Shown here piece by piece: positions 15,422 to 24,505 of a stretch of DNA of 64,000 nucleotides. Source of the DNA: Phycisphaeraceae bacterium (GTDB taxonomy: Bacteria; Planctomycetota; Phycisphaerae; Phycisphaerales; Phycisphaeraceae); NCBI GenBank assembly GCA_046540025.1, contig JBKHFW010000010.1, positions 2,845-66,844 of the forward strand, given 5' to 3'. The notes under the pieces are model-generated. The model did not search any database. It was not told the DNA's origin and was given only the letters and a program-made list of their open reading frames with translations. The first letter of the stretch is position 1; each line of letters opens with the position of its first letter. The translations under genes and the position numbers were made by a program.

Positions 15422-16789
15422 ATGAGCAGCTTTCCTGACAATTTCGTTTGGGGTTCGGCCACGGCGTCCTATCAGGTGGAGGGGGCCTACGATGAGGACG
15501 GCCGGGGGATGTCCATCTGGGACCACTTCGTGCGCTGGCCGGGCAAGGTCTTCCGCGGGCGGACGGGCGACGTCGCCTGCGATCACTATCACCGCTACCA
15601 GGAAGACGTGGCGTTGATGAAGCAGATCGGGCTCAAGGCGTATCGCCTCTCGATCGCCTGGCCGCGGATCCTGCCCGAGGGCACGGGGAAGGTCAACGAG
15701 AAGGGCCTGGCGTTCTACGACCGGCTGGTCGACGAACTGCTCGAGGCCGGCGTCCAGCCCTGGGCGACGCTGTACCACTGGGACCTGCCGCTGGCGCTGC
15801 ACTACCAGGGCGGCTGGCTCAACCGCGAGTGCCCGAAGTGGTTCGGCGAGTACACGCAGACGGTCGTGGATCGGCTGTCGGATCGCATCACCCACTGGTT
15901 CACGCTCAACGAGCCGCAGGTCTTTATCGGCCACGGCTATTACCACGGTGCCCACGCGCCGGGGCTCAAGCTCTCGGCGACCGACTGCCTGCGCGTCGTG
16001 CACCACAGCCTGATGGCCCACGGCACGGCCGCGAAGATCATCCGCGAGTCGAGCAAGGCCACCCCCCGCGTCGGCTGGGCGCCGGTGGGCTACGTCTGCC
16101 GGCCCGAAACTGAGAGCGAGGCCGACATCGCCGCCGCCAAGGCCGCGACCTTCGAGGTCCGCACGGGCGATCCGGACAAGATCCTCTGGAACAGCTCCTG
16201 GTACAACGAGCCGGTCTTCAACGGCCAGTACCCCAGGGAAGCGTTCGACTCGATCGGCGACCAGCTCGACTTCATCGAAGACGGTGACATGGAGTTGATC
16301 CACACCGGGGCCGACTTCTTCGGCGCCAACATCTACGTCGGCGGCACGGTGCGGGCGACGGAGGACGGCGGGTTCGAGCGGATCGAGGAAAAGGCGGGCA
16401 ACGCCCGCAACACCTACGGCTGGGACATCACGCCCGACGTGCTCTACTGGGCGGGGCGGTTCTACTACGAGAAGTACGGCAAGCCGCTGGTCATCACCGA
16501 GAACGGCGTGCCCATCGTCGAATGGCCCGACAAGGAGGGCAAGGTGCACGACCCGGCCCGGTGCCAGTTCATCGACGAATACCTCGGCGGCGTCAAGCGG
16601 GCGCTGGACGAGGGCATCGAGTTCGAGGGCTACTTCTACTGGTCGCTGATGGACAACTTCGAGTGGCAGCGCGGCTACAACCAGCGCTTCGGGCTGGTGT
16701 ACGTCGACTTCCAGACGCTCGAGCGGATCCCCAAGGACTCGGCAGCCCACTACGCCGAGATCATCCGCACCAACGGCGCAAATCTTTAG
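15422..16789 (+). CDS. GH1 beta-glucosidase
   Basis: The product is 455 aa from the ATG at 15422. Motifs FPDNFVWGSATASYQVEG, TLNEP (acid/base) and ITENG (nucleophile) are present. Confidence 0.92.
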   Translation: MSSFPDNFVWGSATASYQVEGAYDEDGRGMSIWDHFVRWPGKVFRGRTGDVACDHYHRYQEDVALMKQIGLKAYRLSIAWPRILPEGTGKVNEKGLAFYDRLVDELLEAGVQPWATLYHWDLPLALHYQGGWLNRECPKWFGEYTQTVVDRLSDRITHWFTLNEPQVFIGHGYYHGAHAPGLKLSATDCLRVVHHSLMAHGTAAKIIRESSKATPRVGWAPVGYVCRPETESEADIAAAKAATFEVRTGDPDKILWNSSWYNEPVFNGQYPREAFDSIGDQLDFIEDGDMELIHTGADFFGANIYVGGTVRATEDGGFERIEEKAGNARNTYGWDITPDVLYWAGRFYYEKYGKPLVITENGVPIVEWPDKEGKVHDPARCQFIDEYLGGVKRALDEGIEFEGYFYWSLMDNFEWQRGYNQRFGLVYVDFQTLERIPKDSAAHYAEIIRTNGANL

Positions 16790-16814
16790 CTGAAACCAGC
16801 TTGCAGAATCTTTC

Positions 16815-16850
16815 GGCCGCCGGCCTCTCTCGAGGGGCCGGCGGTTTTTG
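16815..16850 (+). terminator. intrinsic terminator after the GH1 gene
   Basis: The sequence is GGCCGCCGGCC-loop-GGCCGGCGG followed by TTTTT. Confidence 0.75.
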
Positions 16851-17015
16851 CTGTTGTGGACGCCGCGGGGTTGCAGTAGGATGGGCGTCACTTCCAATGG
16901 AGCGGGGCGGCGTCCGGTCGCGCCCTGCCGACGAGAGGTCCGGCCGGCGAGGCTCTTTCGCCGACGGACGCACCCTCCGGTCCCATCTGCGGCCGGTCTG
17001 CGAGAGGGCTGATTC

Positions 17016-18032
17016 ATGCATAGCAAACGGATTTCCACGTTCGTCGCGATCGTCCCGCTGATCCTGGTGGCGGCGGGTCTTGTGCTGTTCACCGCCGGCT
17101 GCGGCGAGGGAGCGGCTTCGGGCAGTCAGGCGCAGACGCTCAAGCTGGCGCACAGCCTGCCGACGGACCACCCGGTCCACATCGCCATGGAGCGGATGGC
17201 TGAGCTCGCCGCGGAGAAGTCGGGCGGCCAGCTCGAGCTTCAGATCATCCCCGGCGAGGTGATGGGTTCCGAGTCGGCGGTGGTCGAGCAGCTCCAGGGC
17301 GGGATGATGGACATGACCAAGGTGTCCTCGGCCGTGCTGGAGTCGTTCGTGCCCCAGCTCTCGGTCCTGGGCCAGCCTTACATCTTCCGCAGCTCGGACC
17401 ACCTCTTTGCCGTGCTGAACGGTGAGGTTGGCGACGAGCTCGAGGCGAGCATCGCCGAGCAGCGCCTGGTCGCGCTGTGCTGGTATGACGCCGGGGCGCG
17501 CAGCTTCTACACCCGCAAGACGCCGATCCGGACGCCGGAGGATCTCGAGAAGCGGAAGATCCGCGTCCAGTCGAGCCCGACCGCGAAGCAGATGGTCGAG
17601 GTGCTCGGCGGCCAGCCGGTTGCGGTGGACTGGGGCGAGCTTTACAGCACGCTGCAGACCGGCGGCGTGGACGGCGCGGAGAACAACCCGCCGAGCCTGT
17701 TCAAGAGCCGCCAGTTCGAGGTGTCGGAGTACTACTCGCTGGACGAGCATACCCGCGTGCCGGACGTGCTGCTGATCGGCAAGACGACCTGGGACCAGCT
17801 TTCGTCCGAGCAGCAGCAGTGGCTCCGCGAGGCGGCGCGGGAATCCTCGGATTACCAGCGTGAGCTGTGGGCCGAGGCGTCGGAGGAGGCGATCGCGGCG
17901 ATGGAGTCCGAGGGGCTCGAGATCATCCGGCCCGAGAAGGCGCCGTTCGAGCAGGCCGTGCAGCCGATGCTCGATGAAAACGAAGGTACGGAGATGGGCG
18001 AGCTGATCCAGCGGATCAAGGAAGTTCAGTGA
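17016..18032 (+). CDS. dctP: TRAP transporter substrate-binding protein (DctP family), lipoprotein
   Basis: A lipobox is present (LFTAGC). DctP-like blocks are present (LKLAHSLPTDHPVH, VVEQLQGGMMDM, YDAGARSFYT). Confidence 0.85.
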   Translation: MHSKRISTFVAIVPLILVAAGLVLFTAGCGEGAASGSQAQTLKLAHSLPTDHPVHIAMERMAELAAEKSGGQLELQIIPGEVMGSESAVVEQLQGGMMDMTKVSSAVLESFVPQLSVLGQPYIFRSSDHLFAVLNGEVGDELEASIAEQRLVALCWYDAGARSFYTRKTPIRTPEDLEKRKIRVQSSPTAKQMVEVLGGQPVAVDWGELYSTLQTGGVDGAENNPPSLFKSRQFEVSEYYSLDEHTRVPDVLLIGKTTWDQLSSEQQQWLREAARESSDYQRELWAEASEEAIAAMESEGLEIIRPEKAPFEQAVQPMLDENEGTEMGELIQRIKEVQ

Positions 18033-18622
18033 TGACAGCCGCAGTGCTGGCGGTCCGCCGGGCCCTGCTCGGAGGCCTCAAGTGGGTGGTCATCGTGTTG
18101 ATGGCCCTGCTGGTGATCGACGTGCTCTGGCAGGTGTTCACGCGTTACGTGGCCTGGCGGAGCACGTGGACCCAGAGCCTCGCGGAGTATCTGCTGGTCT
18201 GGGTGTCGCTGCTCGGGGCGTGCGTGGTGTACGCCGAGCGCGGCCACCTCGGGGTGGACTACTTCGTCAGCAAGCTCCCCTCGCTGGCTCAGCAGGTGAT
18301 CGAGGTGCTCATCAACCTCGTGGTGGGCGCCTTTTCCATCTTCGTGCTGATCATCGGCGGCAGTGCGCTGGTGGGCCAGCAGTGGGGCCAGCGGGCGCCG
18401 GAACTGCACGGCGTGATCGGGCTGACCATGGGCATGGTGTACCTGGCACTGCCCATCAGCGGCGTCTTTTTCGTCATCCTCTGCCTTGAGCAGATCATCG
18501 AGGTGCTGCGTGGCGAGCGCCGCAAGGCGGGGGCGGACAGTGCTGAGAAGGGCACCGGGCAGGTGCCGCCCGCCGAGGAAAAGCTCGTCGAGTCGGCGCC
18601 CGCCGACGCCAACCGGCAGTGA
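18029..18622 (+). CDS. dctQ: TRAP transporter small permease (DctQ family)
   Basis: It has four TM segments and overlaps the dctP stop (GTGATG). It lies between the DctP and DctM genes. Confidence 0.8.
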   Translation: MMTAAVLAVRRALLGGLKWVVIVLMALLVIDVLWQVFTRYVAWRSTWTQSLAEYLLVWVSLLGACVVYAERGHLGVDYFVSKLPSLAQQVIEVLINLVVGAFSIFVLIIGGSALVGQQWGQRAPELHGVIGLTMGMVYLALPISGVFFVILCLEQIIEVLRGERRKAGADSAEKGTGQVPPAEEKLVESAPADANRQ

Positions 18623-19935
18623 AAGGATTGTTCGTGGACACGCCGCTTCTGATCCTGACCGTCAGCTTTGTCGTGTTTCTGCTGATGAACGTCCCCGTGG
18701 CGTTCAGCATCGGGATGGCGTCGCTGCTCGCCATCTTCGCCGTGGGCTTTTCCGCCAATGAGGGGCAGATCGTCGCCCAGCGGATGAGCGAGGGCATTCA
18801 GACCTTCGCGCTCCTGGCGATTCCGTTTTTCATCCTCGCCGGCGTGCTCATGGGGCGGGGGGGCATGGCGCACCGGCTGATCGCCTTCGCCGGGGCGACC
18901 CTGGGCTGGCTCACCGGCGGGCTGGGCTACGTCAACACGCTGACCTGCATGCTTTTCGGCTCGATCTCGGGCTCGGCGACGGCGGCCGTCTCCGCGACCG
19001 GCGGGTTCATGATCCCGGAGATGAACAAGCGCGGCTACGGCAAGAACTTCAACGTCGCCGTGACCACCACCGCCGCCACGACCGGGCTGCTCATCCCGCC
19101 CAGCAACGTCATGATCGTCTACGCCGTCGTTGCGGGCGGCGGCGTGTCGGTCGGCGCCATGTTCATGGCCGGCATCCTGCCCGGCATCCTCGTCGGGCTC
19201 TCGATCATGGCGGTCTGCTTCATCATCAGCCGGGTGCGCGGCTACGGCGGCTCGGAGGCGACGTCGCTCAAGCGCGTCGCGAAGACCTTCGTCGACGCGG
19301 CGCCGTCGCTGCTGCTGGTCGTGATCGTGCTCGGGGGCATCCTCTGGGGCTGGTTCACCGCGACCGAGGCGGCAGCGATCGCGGTCGCCTACGCCTTTCT
19401 GCTCACGGTCGTGTTCTACCGGGAGGTCAAGCTCCGCGACCTGCCTGCCGTGCTGCTGGAGTCGGGCAAGACGACGGCGATCGTCATGCTGCTCGTGGGC
19501 ACGAGCCAGGCGATGAGCTGGGTCCTGACCTACGAGCAGGTGCCGCAGGACGTCAGCGCCTTCCTGCTGAGCCTTTCCGACAACCCGATCGTCATCCTGC
19601 TGATCATCAACATCATGCTGCTGCTGGTCGGCACGTTCATGGACATGACGCCGGCCGTGCTGATCTTCACGCCGATCCTCCTGCCCGTGGCCGTGCAGCT
19701 CGGGCTCGACCCGGTGCACTTCGGCATGCTGCTGATCGCGAATCTCTGCATCGGCCTGTGTACGCCGCCGGTGGGGACGTGCCTCTTCGTCGGCTGCGGC
19801 GTGGGCAAGACGACGATCGCCGACGTGACGCCCTCGATGATCCCGTTCTACATCGCCATGGTGGTGTCGCTGCTGGTGATCACCTACTGGCCACCCCTCT
19901 CGCTCTGGCTGCCCCGCCAGCTCGGGCTGCTCTGA
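18619..19935 (+). CDS. dctM: TRAP transporter large permease (DctM family)
   Basis: The product is a 438-aa polytopic protein. Its GTG start overlaps the dctQ stop (GTGA). DctM-like blocks are present (FFILAGVLMGRGGM, LIPPSNVMIVY). Confidence 0.88.
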   Translation: MKGLFVDTPLLILTVSFVVFLLMNVPVAFSIGMASLLAIFAVGFSANEGQIVAQRMSEGIQTFALLAIPFFILAGVLMGRGGMAHRLIAFAGATLGWLTGGLGYVNTLTCMLFGSISGSATAAVSATGGFMIPEMNKRGYGKNFNVAVTTTAATTGLLIPPSNVMIVYAVVAGGGVSVGAMFMAGILPGILVGLSIMAVCFIISRVRGYGGSEATSLKRVAKTFVDAAPSLLLVVIVLGGILWGWFTATEAAAIAVAYAFLLTVVFYREVKLRDLPAVLLESGKTTAIVMLLVGTSQAMSWVLTYEQVPQDVSAFLLSLSDNPIVILLIINIMLLLVGTFMDMTPAVLIFTPILLPVAVQLGLDPVHFGMLLIANLCIGLCTPPVGTCLFVGCGVGKTTIADVTPSMIPFYIAMVVSLLVITYWPPLSLWLPRQLGLL

Positions 19936-20148
19936 GCTTCGCCCGCGTTCGGCTGTCGCCAGGGGCGCGGCCCCTTGAGATCGGGCGGCCGCGGCCGCTT
20001 TGGGCGCGCGCACAGCGAGACACTAGAATGGCCCTGGCCGCCACGATCGAGGGTGAGATGAGCCCGGGCGGGGGAGGCTGGGACGCCCAGCGGCGTGGGC
20101 GGCTCGCTCAGGCTTCAAGGCAGTTACTACGGATTGGGTGTGACCGAC

Positions 20149-21966
20149 ATGAATACAACCGTCTCTTCTCCCGCTGCGGCGCCCCCCGGCAAACAACTCG
20201 GTGCGGCGGCCTGGACGCTCGCGGCCGGCCTCGATTACGACACCGCCACCGACGCCCAGGACCGCCTGCGGGCGCTCAAGGACACCGGCGTCGACGTCGC
20301 CATCGTGAGCTGGCCCAACGCCTGCCCCTACGCCTTCGGCTGGGACGGCCGACAGGGCTACGACTACCGCCAGTACGAAGCGCTGCTCGAGTCGCTGCTC
20401 AAGGCGAACCCGGATCTGCGCTTCCTGCTCCGCTTCGGCTCGCTGCACGGCGCGCCCTACTACTGGGGCTACGACCACAAGGACCAGCTCGCCCTCTACC
20501 ACCTCGGCGAGCGGATGCAGCAGCCGTCGCTGGGCTCGAAACTCTGGCGCCGCGACTCCAGCGAGGCGGCGAGCCGGTTCGCCCACCACTTTTCGCAGGG
20601 GCGGTGGCAGGACCGCGTGCTCGGGTTCATTCCCTACTCGACCGGCCTGAACTGGCGCGGTGCGGGCGAAACCTTCGTCAACATCCCCGACCACGAGGTC
20701 CCCAAGCGCACCTACGACCCCGTCGAGGGCGACTTTTCCCAGCCGATGCTCGAGGCGTACCGCGCGTTCCTCCACGACCGCTACGGCAGCGACGAGGCGC
20801 TCCAGGACGCCTGGAACAGCACCAACGCCCGAATCGACCAGGCCGAACTGCCCAGCCGAATCGAGGTCCGCTCGCCCACGCAGGCGGTGCAGGACTATTT
20901 CGCCTGCTACAACCGGCTTAACGCGAAGCTGGCGCTGGCGTGGTGTGAGGCGCTCAAGCAGGCGGCTCCGGACAAGCAGGTCATCCTGCCGCACGGCTAC
21001 GTGTTCGGCTGGCCCAACCAGAACGTCTCGCCCCAGGGCTCGGGCCACAACGAACCCGAGATGCTGCTCGGCTCGGACGCGGTGGACGCGGTGATGTCCG
21101 CCCCGGTCACACGGATGGAGAACCGCAACCCGCTCTCCCAGCACGCGCTGGACTCCGTTCGGCTCAGCGGGACGCGGCACGTGCACGTGCTCGAGCTTTT
21201 GAACCTCGGCGAAATCAGCGACGCCGACCAGATCGCCGAGGCGACGCTCGGCGCGGGGTACGCGGCCGTCAAGGGCAGCTCGCTCGTCGTCGCCGAGCCG
21301 CGTCAGGGCAAAGGCAGCATGCGCGACGCCCGCGAGCAGACCGTGCCGCTGCCTTACGAGTCGGACGCGGTGAGCCGCCACCTCGAAACGCTGCGCCGGT
21401 GGCACGCCGAGCGGATGGAGACCCCGGCCGAGTCGGTCTCGGAGCTGGCGGTGTTCATCTCGCCGCGCGGCAGCTACCAGCGGGCGATGGAAACGCGCTT
21501 CGGGCGGATGCTCATCGAGGATTTCCGAAGCGAGGTGCTCAGCCGAATCGGCCTGCCGTTCGACGAGTACCACCTCAGCGATTTCCAGGCGGTCGCCGAC
21601 CGCTACCGGGCGTGGATCTTCATCGACTGCCCCGACATGGCCGGCCGCGACTGGGAGAAGGTCAAGGCGTCGCGTGAGAAGGCCTTCTTCGCGACCGTCG
21701 GCCGGGAGCGGGTCACCCTGGAGGAGCTCGGCTCGTTCCTCGACGGCGCGGGCGTTCGCCGATGGACGGCGGCGGGGGATCGGCTCTTCGCCAGCAGCGA
21801 CACGATCGTCTTCGCCGCAACGACCAGCGGAAAGAAGACCGTCGAGCTGCCCGCCCAGGCGACGCTGACCGACGCCCTGGACGGCAAGGTGCTTGCCGAG
21901 GGTGTCAGCCGCCACACGTTCGACGCCAGCGCCGGCGAGGTCCACCTCTGGCACTACGCGAGCTGA
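20149..21966 (+). CDS. GH42-like protein, paralogue A (TIM barrel plus trimerisation-like domain), no signal peptide
   Basis: It shares blocks with paralogue B (FGW.WDG..GYDY.Q...LL..LL...PD.RF, DS.EA..RF..HF, Y....L.DAW). The AFLHDRYGSDEALQDAW block is GH42-typical. LNW occupies the position where B has NEW. Confidence 0.6.
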   Translation: MNTTVSSPAAAPPGKQLGAAAWTLAAGLDYDTATDAQDRLRALKDTGVDVAIVSWPNACPYAFGWDGRQGYDYRQYEALLESLLKANPDLRFLLRFGSLHGAPYYWGYDHKDQLALYHLGERMQQPSLGSKLWRRDSSEAASRFAHHFSQGRWQDRVLGFIPYSTGLNWRGAGETFVNIPDHEVPKRTYDPVEGDFSQPMLEAYRAFLHDRYGSDEALQDAWNSTNARIDQAELPSRIEVRSPTQAVQDYFACYNRLNAKLALAWCEALKQAAPDKQVILPHGYVFGWPNQNVSPQGSGHNEPEMLLGSDAVDAVMSAPVTRMENRNPLSQHALDSVRLSGTRHVHVLELLNLGEISDADQIAEATLGAGYAAVKGSSLVVAEPRQGKGSMRDAREQTVPLPYESDAVSRHLETLRRWHAERMETPAESVSELAVFISPRGSYQRAMETRFGRMLIEDFRSEVLSRIGLPFDEYHLSDFQAVADRYRAWIFIDCPDMAGRDWEKVKASREKAFFATVGRERVTLEELGSFLDGAGVRRWTAAGDRLFASSDTIVFAATTSGKKTVELPAQATLTDALDGKVLAEGVSRHTFDASAGEVHLWHYAS

Positions 21967-22015
21967 ACCCCGGGCATCCGCGACACCCCCGAATCACACA
22001 CAGGTACGAATCATC

Positions 22016-24217
22016 ATGGAAGTGACCCGCAAGATCCGTAACGGCAGCCCGGAGCTGAGCCTGGACGGCAGTCGCCCCAGCCCGGGCTTCGGCCGACTCA
22101 TGCAGCCCAACTACTGGGCGGTTGAGAAGCTCGACCAGTTCTTTCGGCCGGACTACAACCTGTTCTACGTGCAGATCGGCGAGCTGGACACCTTCGGCTG
22201 GTGCTGGGACGGCCTGGACGGCTACGACTACACCCAGTTCGACATCCTGCTCGACCAGCTTCTGCAGAAGAAGCCCGATTCCCGGTTCAACCTCTTCCTC
22301 GGCGGCCGGGTGCCGTACCAGTGGCAGCTCCGCTACCCCGGCGAGATGGTGCTGCTGGAAAGCGGCAAGCGGACGAACATCGCCTCGCCCAGCTCGCCCG
22401 TCTGGCTGGAGGACTCGACCGAGGCGGTCCGCCGCTTCGTCGAGCACTTTGAAAGCGGCCCCTACGCCGACGCGGTCGCCGGCTACAACCCGATCTACTT
22501 CACCAACGAGTGGCTGCTCGGCGGCCTGCATTCAGACTACAACGAGTCCAACGTCCAGCGCTTCCGCGACTGGCTGCGCGACTACTACGGCGGCGACGTC
22601 GAAAAGCTCCGCGACGCCTGGAAAGATCCCAAAGCCAGCTTCGAGACGGCCGAGATCCCCCGCATGCGGGACTACGAGGCCCAGGGGCTCGGCGGCGTGT
22701 TCGACCGCCACGAGATCTTCGGCAGTTGGGCAGCGGACTACCTGCGGTTCTTCAACCAGAGCGTCTCGAACATGGTCCTCCGCCACGCCGGCGCGGTGAA
22801 GGAGGCGTCGAACCGCAAGAAGTTCGTCAGCCTCATGTTCGGCTACACGTACTGCTACGTGATGGGGCAGATGTCCCCGGCCCACTCCAGCCACTGGGAC
22901 CTTTCCAGCGTGCTCGAGTCCGACGACGTGGACATGCTCCACAGCCCCTACGACTACTACAACCGCTGCCTGGGCGGGCCCCACTACTCCCAGCTCTCGC
23001 CCGACTCGGTCATCGCCCACGGCAAGGTCTTCGCGACGCAGATCGACACGAAGACCCACGTCCACACGATGGACCCCGGCAACGCGGCCACGCCGTGGGA
23101 GAGCGACCAGGTGCTCAAGCGCGACGTGGCCAACGCGATGATGCGCAACGCCTACCACTACTACTACGAGATGAACGTCCCCGCCTGGCGCGGGCGCACC
23201 GGCACGGTCGAGTACCGCGAGCTCGGGTTCATCGACGAGGGCGTGCAGGACACGATCGTCAAGCTGCGCGACATTGCCGACGCCAACCACGCCGAGCTGC
23301 CCGAGCGCAACGCCGAGGTGGCGCTGTTCACCAGTCGCGAGAGCGCCTACTACCGGGCGTTCCACCCGGCCTACGCGACGCTGTTCGACCAGGCGTTCCG
23401 CAACTATTTCCTCTGCTACACCGGCGCGCCGTTCCACGACTACCTGCTCGAGGACTTCGAGACCGTGGACCGCGACTACAAGGTCTACATCTTCCCCGAC
23501 GCGAGCTACCTGTCCGAGCGGCAGCGCCAGGCGATCCGCGAGAAGCTCGACCGCATCGGCGCCACGGCCGTCTGGTTCTACGCCCCGGGCTACGCCAGCG
23601 ACAGCGGCACGGGTGTGGAGAACATGGAAGCCGCCACCGGCATCCGCTTCGCCAAGCGGGACCTGCGCGACTATCTGCAGGTGGACATTGGCCGCTTCGA
23701 CCACCCGCTGACGCAGGGGCTGGAAAACGAGGCGAGTTTCGGCTCGGACCTCTCGCCCGAGTGGTTCCAGGCGAAGCAGGAGTGGCTGGACTGGAAACTC
23801 AAGGACCGGGCGGACTACAAGTTCAGCCCGTTCTTCGTCGTCGACGACCCCGACGCGACGCCGCTGGGCACGCTTCGCGGGGCGCGGGAGCCGGGCTTCG
23901 CGGTCAAGCAGGTGGGCAACATGAAGAGCGTCTACCTCGCCGGCCCGTGCCCGAGCCCGGAGCTGATGATGAATATTTTCCGCGACGCCGGCGTGCACCT
24001 GTACAGCGACACGCCGGACATCATCTACGCCAACGCCCGCTACGTGACGTTCTGCGTGAACGGAGCCGGGCGGAAGGTGCTGCGTTTGCCCGAGAAGGTC
24101 GACCTCTACGAGGCGCTCGAGCAGAAGCTGCTGGCGAAGAACGCCGACCACTACGAGTTCGACGCCGCGGAGAAGCAGGTCGAGGTCTTCCAACTCGGCC
24201 AGCCGCCCCAGGCGTGA
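22016..24217 (+). CDS. GH42-like protein, paralogue B, no signal peptide
   Basis: The product is 733 aa from the ATG at 22016. It carries YFTNEW (a candidate NE acid/base) and RFRDWLRDYYGGDVEKLRDAW. A trimerisation-domain-like segment is present (EVALFTSRES...DYKVYIFPDASYLS). Confidence 0.6.
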   Translation: MEVTRKIRNGSPELSLDGSRPSPGFGRLMQPNYWAVEKLDQFFRPDYNLFYVQIGELDTFGWCWDGLDGYDYTQFDILLDQLLQKKPDSRFNLFLGGRVPYQWQLRYPGEMVLLESGKRTNIASPSSPVWLEDSTEAVRRFVEHFESGPYADAVAGYNPIYFTNEWLLGGLHSDYNESNVQRFRDWLRDYYGGDVEKLRDAWKDPKASFETAEIPRMRDYEAQGLGGVFDRHEIFGSWAADYLRFFNQSVSNMVLRHAGAVKEASNRKKFVSLMFGYTYCYVMGQMSPAHSSHWDLSSVLESDDVDMLHSPYDYYNRCLGGPHYSQLSPDSVIAHGKVFATQIDTKTHVHTMDPGNAATPWESDQVLKRDVANAMMRNAYHYYYEMNVPAWRGRTGTVEYRELGFIDEGVQDTIVKLRDIADANHAELPERNAEVALFTSRESAYYRAFHPAYATLFDQAFRNYFLCYTGAPFHDYLLEDFETVDRDYKVYIFPDASYLSERQRQAIREKLDRIGATAVWFYAPGYASDSGTGVENMEAATGIRFAKRDLRDYLQVDIGRFDHPLTQGLENEASFGSDLSPEWFQAKQEWLDWKLKDRADYKFSPFFVVDDPDATPLGTLRGAREPGFAVKQVGNMKSVYLAGPCPSPELMMNIFRDAGVHLYSDTPDIIYANARYVTFCVNGAGRKVLRLPEKVDLYEALEQKLLAKNADHYEFDAAEKQVEVFQLGQPPQA

Positions 24218-24241
24218 CGAGTCGCGACAACGCGTTCACCA

Positions 24242-24268
24242 GGGCCGCCTTTCGGGGCGGCCCTTTTT
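24242..24268 (+). terminator. intrinsic terminator after GH42-like B
   Basis: The sequence is GGGCCGCC-TTTCG-GGGCGGCCC followed by TTTTT. Confidence 0.8.
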
Positions 24269-24505
24269 CATGGGGGCAAGCGCGGTGTCCGGGGCGCTTC
24301 TTTTCCCCCTGCCCGCGGCGGCGGTGCGCTCTGCTCCGGCTTGGGGGGAAGCACTTGTGCGCAGTATGATGGCGGCCTTGCGCAGTCGGACGGGAAAGAT
24401 GGCGGGCGAGCCGCGGAACCGGGACCTGCCCCTTGTCAGCGGTCGATGGCCTGTCATATTGGAGGTTCCCGTCGTCCGGGGCTGCATTTGAAGAAGGAGC
24501 CTTTT

